Below, piece by piece: positions 1-6,908 of a stretch of DNA of 14,610 nt. The translations under genes were made by a program, and so were the position numbers. The stretch's first letter is position 1; each line of letters starts with the position of its first letter. The DNA is from Thermoproteota archaeon. GTDB taxonomy: Archaea > Thermoproteota > EX4484-205 > JAAOZP01. The notes below the pieces were generated by a model that worked only from the letters and a program-made list of their open reading frames with translations, did no database searches and was not told the origin of the DNA. The stretch covers positions 1 to 14,610 of the forward strand of contig JBNAVT010000002.1 of NCBI GenBank assembly GCA_049700215.1, written 5' to 3'.

Positions 1-136
1 CGGCCTCGACGCATACTGCTTCAGCAAGATCCTTCGGGTTATGATACTTCTCCCAGCCCCTTCTGGAGACGAAGGCTTTAACACGGTTTTTCAACTCTTG
101 AAGCATCGCCTCAGAATCCGTCTTCCTGTTCTCCAA
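1..136 (-). CDS. Nucleotide pyrophosphohydrolase, MazG-like (RS21-C6/DCTPP1-like); 5' part only, runs off the window
   Basis: Manual translation from TTG at 136: LENRKTDSEAMLQELKNRVKAFVSRRGWEKYHNPKDLAEAVCVEA. This matches the typical 'L.EL...V..F...R.W..YH.PK.LA.A..VEA.EL' N-terminus. Not in the ORF track. Confidence 0.85.
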   Translation of the reverse strand, partial: MENRKTDSEAMLQELKNRVKAFVSRRGWEKYHNPKDLAEAVCVEA

Positions 137-194
137 GCTGGAGAATAGCCGCCAGCCCCAGATATAAGCTGTTCGCCGCTTCTATTCCAGTCTT

Positions 195-899
195 CTAAAT
201 CTTTGAGAGCAGCCCAGAATGCTTCTCCATCCTCATAAGGCTCCCCTCTCTCTGAACCAGCCAGGTCATCCAGCAGAGCTCTACCGGCCTGTACCCGCAG
301 CTCAGCGCAACCTGCTCAGCCCTCTTAATGAACTTGAAATCATCCTCCACGGGCTCGCAGCCAGCCTCAGCCAGAATGCTGTTCACAACTCTCTTAACAA
401 TCTTGTCGGGCATAACCGTGTCTATCCCGCCCATCATCCTCAAGTATTGAAACGTGACTAGGCCGACGCCCCTTATCCTGCCCACAGGGTCTTTCCTCCA
501 ATCCTCTAGACTAGCGTTGCCAGCCCAGGTTCTTAAAGCAGTTTTATCATCCATATTTAGAGTAGACAGGTGGGAGGCGATGCTTCTGGCAATAGCCCAG
601 GACCGCCTGTTCCTCCACACCTTCCTCAGCCCGCTGAGACTAGCCCTGGAAAGCTGCCTCAGGCTTCTTATTCTCCCCGTCTCCACGAAACGCCTGTTAA
701 ACTCTTCAACCCTCGGGACGACGGCGGTAAAATAGTTTAAGCCTATGGAGGTGAACGCAGCATCGACAACCATCAGGACAACGCTTCCACCCCACCTCTC
801 CGTCCTGAGACACCTGTCGCAATGCTGCCTGAGGCCCGGAACCTTCTCCACGTAGCCGTCGACAATCTTCTTCAACATGGACAGCCGGCTGGCATCCAT
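195..899 (-). CDS. Uncharacterised HhH-GPD superfamily (DNA glycosylase-like) protein, 234 aa
   Basis: HhH motif DPVGRIRGVGLVTFQYLRMMGG followed by TVMPD, the candidate catalytic Asp. No EndoIII-type Lys after GVG and no C-terminal 4Fe-4S Cys cluster. GGGAG lies just upstream of the ATG. Confidence 0.7.
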   Translation of the reverse strand: MDASRLSMLKKIVDGYVEKVPGLRQHCDRCLRTERWGGSVVLMVVDAAFTSIGLNYFTAVVPRVEEFNRRFVETGRIRSLRQLSRASLSGLRKVWRNRRSWAIARSIASHLSTLNMDDKTALRTWAGNASLEDWRKDPVGRIRGVGLVTFQYLRMMGGIDTVMPDKIVKRVVNSILAEAGCEPVEDDFKFIKRAEQVALSCGYRPVELCWMTWLVQREGSLMRMEKHSGLLSKI

Positions 900-912
900 A
901 CTCCCGCTTCAC

Positions 913-1036
913 GCAGAGCATTAATGCTTCTGCTTTCAGATAAGCATGCCGGTTTAACCAGTGATGTGGAAGAGTAAAGTAACTCGTTAAACCGGGGCCC
1001 AGCTTGCTGGAGACGTGTTGCTCCTTAAAAATGCTT
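913..1036. promoter_or_regulatory. Divergent intergenic region with nested inverted repeats
   Basis: Palindrome AGCATTAATGCT (917-928); perfect 10-bp IR CCGGTTTAAC (949-958) / GTTAAACCGG (986-995); CCAGC-TT-GCTGG (999-1010). Confidence 0.55.
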
Positions 1037-1044
1037 GAGAAATT

Positions 1045-1596
1045 ATGAGTAAGGCTATGAGTAGGCCAAGCAGGATTCTGGCTGAAATACGCTCCGCGAG
1101 GAGGAGGGTTGAGAAAAAGATTAGGGAGACAAGCATTATCATTGTGCTTTTAGGCGCCGGCGGCAAGGGGCTGAGGCAAAGGAGGGCTTTGAGAAGCAGG
1201 CTAGCATCAATGGGAATGGTTGCACTGATACCTGAGGACGATTTCCCCGGCGAAGTGGCGCCCTCTCTGGTTGAGGAGGCGCTGCTCTCAAAGGGGGATG
1301 TTGAGCTTGTCTTCGTCAACGTTGAATCATGGGGCACTGCCACAGAGTTCACCCAGTTCCACTGCAACAGGAGGATCGCGCCTAAGCTGAGGGTTCTGGT
1401 AAAGTGCGTGCACCACCCGTTACACGGAGGCTCCGCAAGCTACCTGACTGACGTTTACCTGACTCACCTCGCTGTCTTTGGGCATGTTTACGCCGTGGGT
1501 GGTTCGCGTGGAAACGTTTTCCCCACGGTGCGCGACGTCGTAGTCAAGCTGGCTGAAAGGTATAGGGTTTGCAAGGCACTAGGTTTTATCAGGTAA
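1045..1596 (+). CDS. Nucleoside deoxyribosyltransferase (NDT)/TIR-like fold protein resembling retron St85/Ec86-type effectors
   Basis: Motif order IIVLLGAG ... R..LR..L ... IPEDDF ... VEEALL..GDVELVFVNVESWGTATEF matches the recalled 'hFLCG..R..L..PED.F..E..LA...D.hhhh.ES.GS..EL' pattern. The candidate catalytic Glu is at 1345-1347. Confidence 0.6.
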   Translation: MSKAMSRPSRILAEIRSARRRVEKKIRETSIIIVLLGAGGKGLRQRRALRSRLASMGMVALIPEDDFPGEVAPSLVEEALLSKGDVELVFVNVESWGTATEFTQFHCNRRIAPKLRVLVKCVHHPLHGGSASYLTDVYLTHLAVFGHVYAVGGSRGNVFPTVRDVVVKLAERYRVCKALGFIR

Positions 1597-1607
1597 AGAT
1601 TTTTATA
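1594..1607 (+). promoter_or_regulatory. Putative BRE/TATA box for the wHTH gene
   Basis: TAAAGATTTTTATA about 28 nt upstream of ATG 1635; similar to the box at 2787-2799. Confidence 0.45.
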
Positions 1608-1634
1608 CCTGAAAGCCCGTTGCGACACGGGGGT

Positions 1635-1943
1635 ATGAGCATCAGGGAGGCAAGGCGGCGGCTCAGGCTCTACAGGGCTCTAGATAATGAGATAAGGCTG
1701 AACGCTTTCCTAGCCATCCGCAGGCAGCCGGGAGTCTCGTTCAACAGGCTCGCCAGGCAAACAGGGGTTGAGAGGGGACTGCTGGCATATCATCTGGCTG
1801 TTCTGAAAGCAGCCGGGATAGTCAGGGCCAGGTATGAGAGAAGGAGCAGGCAGACGTCTGAATACGTGTTGACGAGAGAGGGGGAGAAGCTCACGGAGGA
1901 ACTGTGCTCCAGCAGAAGAAGAAGGCGGGGAGGAAGAGGTTAA
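1635..1943 (+). CDS. Winged helix-turn-helix (ArsR/MarR-like) DNA-binding protein
   Basis: RALDNEIRLNAF...SFNRLARQTGVERGLLAYHLAVLKAAGIV...EYVLTREGEKL. Start moved from the track's 1569 to ATG 1635, which follows GGGGGT and avoids overlap with the upstream gene. Confidence 0.85.
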   Translation: MSIREARRRLRLYRALDNEIRLNAFLAIRRQPGVSFNRLARQTGVERGLLAYHLAVLKAAGIVRARYERRSRQTSEYVLTREGEKLTEELCSSRRRRRGGRG

Positions 1944-2085
1944 AACCGCTCTACATTCCTTATCTGTTTAACCGTAATGTTTGAAACCTTTACACACCCA
2001 TGAGTCTTCAATCATGTCTAATAATTTTTACAGTATCCGGCGAAGACTCGAATGCCCGTCTTCCCCTGCTAGACTGGCAAAACAT

Positions 2086-2412
2086 TCAAATATTATTCGC
2101 TATTTCCCTCAACTCGTTTCCAATAACTTTAAAGAAATCTTCAAAATCCCTTTGGGGTATTTCTATTAATAGCCTTCTTTCGAAGGGATCTTCAAGAAGT
2201 TCCTTACCCGTCTCTAATTCCTTCTTATTCTTCTCAAGGCTGCTTCTATACTTCTTATAGTAGAGTGACACCCTTATCTTTTCAGTAATCTCTTTAATTA
2301 AATCCTCCATCCTGTAACCGTGTTTCGAGAGCATAAATAAATCGTAAAAGTCCCTGAGTTTTTGAGCCCTTCTCGTTAATATAGCTCTTACCTTTTCGCA
2401 TAGAATTTCTCT
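2086..2412 (-). pseudogene. 3' fragment of an AbiEii/AbiGii-family nucleotidyltransferase toxin
   Basis: The frame upstream of the track ORF reads REILCEKVRAILTRRAQKLRDFYDLFMLSKHG, the AbiEii 'EI.AEK..A...R....RD.YDL' motif. An in-frame TAA at 2413-2415 precedes it and the N-terminal NTase domain is missing. Confidence 0.8.
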
Positions 2413-2479
2413 TTATCTCCTCCCTTGTAACAACGCCTCCCCCGAACCTTGACAACAGGAACCTTGTTACGATTTTCAC
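2411..2479 (-). pseudogene. 5' stub of the upstream partner gene, probably an AbiEi-type antitoxin
   Basis: GTG start then MKIVTRFLLSRFGGGVVTREEIK, resembling wHTH antitoxin N-termini ('G.V.T.EE'). It has its own TATA box and runs out of frame into the AbiEii tail. Confidence 0.5.
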
Positions 2480-2489
2480 GCTAGTTATT

Positions 2490-2528
2490 CATATAACAAC
2501 CTTTAAAAATCTTTTTGATTGTTACATA
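2490..2528 (-). promoter_or_regulatory. TATA box flanked by an imperfect inverted repeat (likely autoregulatory operator)
   Basis: Minus strand reads TATGTAACAATC-AAAAAGATTTTTAAA-GGTTGTTATATG; the arms match at 9 of 12 positions. Confidence 0.5.
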
Positions 2529-2786
2529 AGCCGTTTTTAAAGTTTAGTTCAAAACGTAAGGTACAGAATCAAGCATAGAGGCCTAAATACCATTCCAAGT
2601 ATTAAGCGCGTGCCGAAGAATTGGTTATTCTCCCAACTGCTGGTTAATATTGCGACGCGTTAGACTCGCCGCGAAGATTAAGGCAGTCTTAGGAAAAAAC
2701 TGTAAGCGCCTGACTCTTTAACGGAGCCAAGTGTTTTTAGAATCTTGTGGATAGTCAAGACTGGCTGTGCGACGCGTCTCCGTGCT

Positions 2787-2799
2787 AAAAGATTTTATA
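2787..2799 (+). promoter_or_regulatory. BRE/TATA box of the kinase-aldolase unit
   Basis: AAAAGATTTTATA ends about 22 nt before ATG 2822, a near-leaderless geometry. Confidence 0.55.
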
Positions 2800-2821
2800 G
2801 AGGCTTGTCTTAAGGAGCCTT

Positions 2822-4315
2822 ATGGAGAAATGTGTTCTAGTCATAGAGCTGACTACACGCGCAGTCCACTCCAGACTAATATCTGAATCAGGACGCATAA
2901 TACATTCCTCCACCCGCCCGTTGGAAACGAGGCTGCCTTCCCCGGATCGCCCGTACATAGTTGAGCTGGATCCTGATAAACTATGGTTCTCCGTCTGTAG
3001 CACGGCGGCTGACTGCGCGAAGCATGCTGAATCAGGTGTTTCCGCGATTACGACGACTGGACAGAGGTTTACGACGGCCGTCATAGGACGCGGAGGGAGG
3101 ACGCTGGCGCTTTGCCCCAATATGGATGCAAGGGGTGTTGAAGCAGCCGATGTTTTCGCAGACTCGATCGGTGAGGACGCGTACCGTATCACAGGCCTAT
3201 ATCCTTCATTCCTCTTCTCGGGAAGCAGGATAAGATGGTTCGTTGAGAACGACCCGGGGGTTTTCAACGCTGCAGAGTTTTTCACGACGATAAACGGCTG
3301 GCTGTATTTCATGCTAACAGGCAAGCCTGCTGAAGAACCGTCGCAGGCTTCGGGAACCTTCTTGTTCGACATACGCGGGAGGAGATGGAGCGAGGAAATG
3401 TGCAGGGTTACCGGCGTGGAGCTTGGAAAACTGCCGGAGGTCGCTGGTTTCGGCCAGCTAGTCGGCTATCCGACGGAGAAGTTCAGTAAAGCCACCGGGA
3501 TACCCCCGGGGACCCCCGTAGTCATGGGGGCGGGTGACACGCAGTGCGCTGGCATCGGGTCAACAGCGCTCTCAGAAGGCCAAGCATACGTCTCGCTGGG
3601 TTCAACCTGCCCGCTGCACATCGTGATGGCGGAGCCGCGTGTAGACGAGGAGAAACGAATGTGGACAGGATGCTTCCCGCTCGACGGCCTCTGGGTGTTG
3701 GAGAGCAACGCCGGTGTTTGCGGAATAGTTTTAGACTGGCTCGCCTCCTCCGTGCTTATGCTTACGAGGGAAGACGGTGTTGACTATGAGCGTTTCGACG
3801 AGCTGGCGGGAAAAGCCCCAAGGGGAAGCCGGAGCATCCTAGCCTTCCTTGGTCCGTCAACAATGGATGCTAAGAGGCTTACGGAGGTGCTTCCAGCAGC
3901 GATAATCCTGCCCTCGCTGATGGTTGGGGAAAAGCCTGGAGCAGGAGATCTGGCGAGAGCATGCTACGAGAACATTGTTTTTGCGTGCAGGAGCAACCTG
4001 GATCAGATGAAGCAGGTTTACCCCGGGGTTGGAACACCCGTGTTCGCCTCAGGCGGGCTGTCGAAAAGCAGTATCCTCATCCAGATGCTGGCTGACGTGC
4101 TGGCGACGCCTGTCGCAGTACCCTTGGAGCAGGGGGCAAGCGCTATCGGGGCGTCGGTTGCATGCTGGTCTTTTCTAAAGTCTGAAAGCCCGAGGAGCAT
4201 TGTTGAAAGAATTGTTGAGCTGAGGACTTTCAACCCGTCTCCAGGCTCTGAAGATTATCAGGCTGACTACAGGAGGTGGAGACTTATATACGGGAGGCTG
4301 CGAAGCCTTACGTGA
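2822..4315 (+). CDS. FGGY-family carbohydrate kinase (xylulokinase/LsrK-like)
   Basis: SAITTTGQR, NMDAR, EPSQASGTFLFDI, GAGDTQCA, SLGST, ASGGLSKS, QMLADVL; 497 aa. Confidence 0.92.
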   Translation: MEKCVLVIELTTRAVHSRLISESGRIIHSSTRPLETRLPSPDRPYIVELDPDKLWFSVCSTAADCAKHAESGVSAITTTGQRFTTAVIGRGGRTLALCPNMDARGVEAADVFADSIGEDAYRITGLYPSFLFSGSRIRWFVENDPGVFNAAEFFTTINGWLYFMLTGKPAEEPSQASGTFLFDIRGRRWSEEMCRVTGVELGKLPEVAGFGQLVGYPTEKFSKATGIPPGTPVVMGAGDTQCAGIGSTALSEGQAYVSLGSTCPLHIVMAEPRVDEEKRMWTGCFPLDGLWVLESNAGVCGIVLDWLASSVLMLTREDGVDYERFDELAGKAPRGSRSILAFLGPSTMDAKRLTEVLPAAIILPSLMVGEKPGAGDLARACYENIVFACRSNLDQMKQVYPGVGTPVFASGGLSKSSILIQMLADVLATPVAVPLEQGASAIGASVACWSFLKSESPRSIVERIVELRTFNPSPGSEDYQADYRRWRLIYGRLRSLT

Positions 4316-4318
4316 AAA

Positions 4319-4963
4319 ATGGATTCTTTAAAGTCGGCGAGGGAAAGGGTTGCGAGAACCATTAGGACTCTTTACAGGATTGGGTACGTGCTGGACCACG
4401 AGGGGAACGTCAGCGCCAGGACGCGGGTCGCCGACAGGTATGTCGTCACACCCAGCCAGGTTCCACGCTACCAGATAAGGCCCAGCGACATATTGGTTGT
4501 AAACGGGGCTGGAGAGGTGGTTCAGGGGAGGAGGAACCCGTCGGTTGAAACAGGGATGCATCTCTCAATATACTTGAAGAGGCCTGACGTAGGCGCCGTA
4601 ATCCATTTCCACCCGGTGCATGCTACAGCACTTGCCTCGCTGCACGAGACTATACCGCCTTTCCTAGAGGAGCTTATTCCTTTCCTCGGGGAGAATGTCC
4701 CGACCGTCGAGTACGCGATGGCTGGGACGGAGGAGCTGGCTTCGAATGTTGCAAACGGCTTGCTTCGGAGAAACGCTGTTCTGCTCGCGAACCACGGTGC
4801 CGTTGTATGCGGCAAGAATCTCCAGGATGCTCTCCACAAGGCTCTGCTCCTGGAGAAGGCTTCAACCATATACTTGCTCGCGAAAGCCACGGGGCTGCCT
4901 AGAAGCCTTCCAGAATCCGCTGTCGAAGCTGGGCGGGAATTATTCAGGACGATGATGCTGTGA
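4319..4963 (+). CDS. Class II aldolase/adducin family protein (L-fuculose-1-phosphate aldolase-like)
   Basis: GNVSAR, VTPS, PSVE..MH..IY, IHFH and LANHG (catalytic Glu plus three Zn-binding His). Starts 3 nt after the kinase stop. Confidence 0.93.
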   Translation: MDSLKSARERVARTIRTLYRIGYVLDHEGNVSARTRVADRYVVTPSQVPRYQIRPSDILVVNGAGEVVQGRRNPSVETGMHLSIYLKRPDVGAVIHFHPVHATALASLHETIPPFLEELIPFLGENVPTVEYAMAGTEELASNVANGLLRRNAVLLANHGAVVCGKNLQDALHKALLLEKASTIYLLAKATGLPRSLPESAVEAGRELFRTMML

Positions 4964-4967
4964 AGCG

Positions 4968-5303
4968 TCACAGGAGTTTCTGAAGCTTCAACAAGTCGGG
5001 CATAACGCCCTTCACTTTCAACCGTCCAGAAGTGTAGGCCTGCGTCGCGCTTATCGTCCTATTCCTTATGCCGAGAAAAGTCGAGCTATCCATCTCCACC
5101 ACTACGCTCGGCTTTTCGACAGAACCCTCTTTAAGGGTTGCCGTAGCGTCTTCACTAATGCTGAGAACGTATTCAGCATTCAAGTCGGGAAACTTGAAAA
5201 GTATATCCCTCTTGAAACCCTTAAACTTCTCCCTGACGCCGGGGTCTTCAAACTTCCTCCTAACCTCGTCGAGAGACTTGAACACCTGCTCCTTAGTAGC
5301 CAT
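4968..5303 (-). CDS. SCP2 sterol/lipid-binding domain protein
   Basis: EGSVEKPSVVVEMDSSTFLGI....ISATQAYTSGRLKVKG...DLLKLQKLL, the typical SCP2 C-terminal signature. Confidence 0.88.
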   Translation of the reverse strand: MATKEQVFKSLDEVRRKFEDPGVREKFKGFKRDILFKFPDLNAEYVLSISEDATATLKEGSVEKPSVVVEMDSSTFLGIRNRTISATQAYTSGRLKVKGVMPDLLKLQKLL

Positions 5304-5327
5304 ACGTTTCTACATTCTGTTTTTCCA

Positions 5328-5380
5328 ATATTTAACTTTTATTCGGGTTCACAACCAACATCCTTTTTAAAACTTAAATA
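5328..5380. promoter_or_regulatory. Divergent promoters for the SCP2 gene (-) and the ALDH gene (+)
   Basis: AAAAGTTAAATA on the minus strand (5340-5329) and AAAACTTAAATA on the plus strand (5369-5380), each about 25 nt from its start codon. Confidence 0.55.
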
Positions 5381-5404
5381 ACGTGGAAGCGTTTCCTTTA
5401 CGCG

Positions 5405-6892
5405 TTGAACATAGTCCGCTCGTTCATCGACGGTAAATGGCTGACGCCCAGCGGGGAGAGAATCCTGAAGCTAAACCCCGCTACGGAGGAGGCGACGCAC
5501 AAGGTGGCGAGCGTCAGAGCATCCGATTTGAAAGCTGCCCTCGAGTCGGCGAAGAAAGGCTTCCGCCAGTGGAGCCGCACACCGGTAGAGCAGAGGGCTG
5601 AGCTTCTGAAGAGAGTGGGGCAAGCAATGACTGATAGTGTTGACGAGATCTCGAGCGTGATAACACTTGAGAACGGTAAACCCCTTGTTGAATCCAACAT
5701 GGAGGTTATGGGGGCTCAGATGTACGCTGACTACTACGCGGCAGAGACGGTGCAGATGCTTAAGGACGAGACTAGGGTTGTAGACTTCCCGCAGCCGGGG
5801 AACTATGAGTTCAGAATCGTGTTCGAGCCGCTCGGCGTTGTTGCAGTAATATCGCCCTGGAACTGGCCTTTCCTCATCCCGATTCAGACAATCATGCCGG
5901 CGATAGCTGCGGGAAACTCCGTGGTCTTCAAACCCTCCTCTCTAACAGCCATGGTCGGCGAGAAAATAGTGGGGCTTTTCGAGGAAGCGGGGCTGCCGCG
6001 GGGCGTGCTTAACCTTGTGCAGGGCGGCGGGAGGGTCGGCGAGCTGCTGGCGGGCTCGAGTGTAAACGCCGTCGTTTTCACAGGCGGAAACGAGGCCGGG
6101 CTTAAAGTCGCTTTAAACTGCGCTAAAGGGTTGAAGAGGGCTGTGCTAGAGCTCGGGGGCAGCGACCCATTCATAGTTTTCGAGGACGCTGACGTTGAGG
6201 AGGCGGTTAACGGAGCCGTTTACGGCAGGTTTTTCGGAGCAGGCCAAATATGCGTCTCCGCCAAGAGGATACTTGTACAAGAGAGCGTTTTCGACGGCTT
6301 CATGAAAAAGTTTGTTGAGAAGGCTTCATCGCTCAGGGTTGGAAACGGCTTCGACCCGTCTACCGACATCGGGCCCCTGATAAGCAGGGAGCAGCGTTCA
6401 CAAGTGTCGCGCGCAGTTAAGCAGGCTGTTTCCGCGGGAGCCCGAGTCCTGTGCGGCGGGTCGCCTCCGAAAGAGTTGAAGAAAGGCTTCTTCTACAGTC
6501 CCACGGTGGTTACGAACGTTAACCCCCGCATGAGGGTGATGACTGAGGAGGTTTTCGGACCAGTCGCGCCCGTGGCGTCTTTCCGAGACGAGAAGCAGGC
6601 GGTTGAAATCGCCAACTCCACGAAATACGGCTTAGGAGCCTCCGTCTGGACGAGGGACGAGGAGAAGGCCGTCAGGCTTTCGAGGGAGATTGAATCGGGG
6701 ATAGTCTGGATCAACGATGTCGCAGTAACTTTTCCACACGCGCCCTGGGGTGGAGTGAAGCAAAGCGGGCTTGGGAGACACTCGTCCAGATACGGGCTTC
6801 TAGAAATGGTGAACATCAGGCAAATATGCGTGAACAAGATAAGGGAGCCTACGAGAATGTGGTGGCTCCCCTACGCTAAGGGAGGCCCGTGA
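5405..6892 (+). CDS. NAD(P)-dependent aldehyde dehydrogenase
   Basis: ISPWNWP, FKPS, FTGG, LELGG (catalytic Glu), GQICVS (catalytic Cys), EEVFGPV, PWGGVKQSGLG; TTG start. Confidence 0.96.
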   Translation: MNIVRSFIDGKWLTPSGERILKLNPATEEATHKVASVRASDLKAALESAKKGFRQWSRTPVEQRAELLKRVGQAMTDSVDEISSVITLENGKPLVESNMEVMGAQMYADYYAAETVQMLKDETRVVDFPQPGNYEFRIVFEPLGVVAVISPWNWPFLIPIQTIMPAIAAGNSVVFKPSSLTAMVGEKIVGLFEEAGLPRGVLNLVQGGGRVGELLAGSSVNAVVFTGGNEAGLKVALNCAKGLKRAVLELGGSDPFIVFEDADVEEAVNGAVYGRFFGAGQICVSAKRILVQESVFDGFMKKFVEKASSLRVGNGFDPSTDIGPLISREQRSQVSRAVKQAVSAGARVLCGGSPPKELKKGFFYSPTVVTNVNPRMRVMTEEVFGPVAPVASFRDEKQAVEIANSTKYGLGASVWTRDEEKAVRLSREIESGIVWINDVAVTFPHAPWGGVKQSGLGRHSSRYGLLEMVNIRQICVNKIREPTRMWWLPYAKGGP

Positions 6893-6908
6893 CCGGGGTG
6901 CACGCTCG

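Noticed and set aside
219-1367. Overlapping antisense or alternate-frame ORFs here and throughout 2785-9017, 9942-11336 and 12720-14227
   Set aside because: They are shadows of better-supported genes and show no recognisable motifs.
900-2500. Complete retron
   Set aside because: No RT motifs (e.g. YADD, NAxxH, VTG) were found in any frame; only the effector-like gene is supported.
2651-2777. Direct repeat TGCGACGCGT at 2651-2660 and 2768-2777
   Set aside because: Only two 10-bp copies with no array structure; not CRISPR-like, and chance is plausible.
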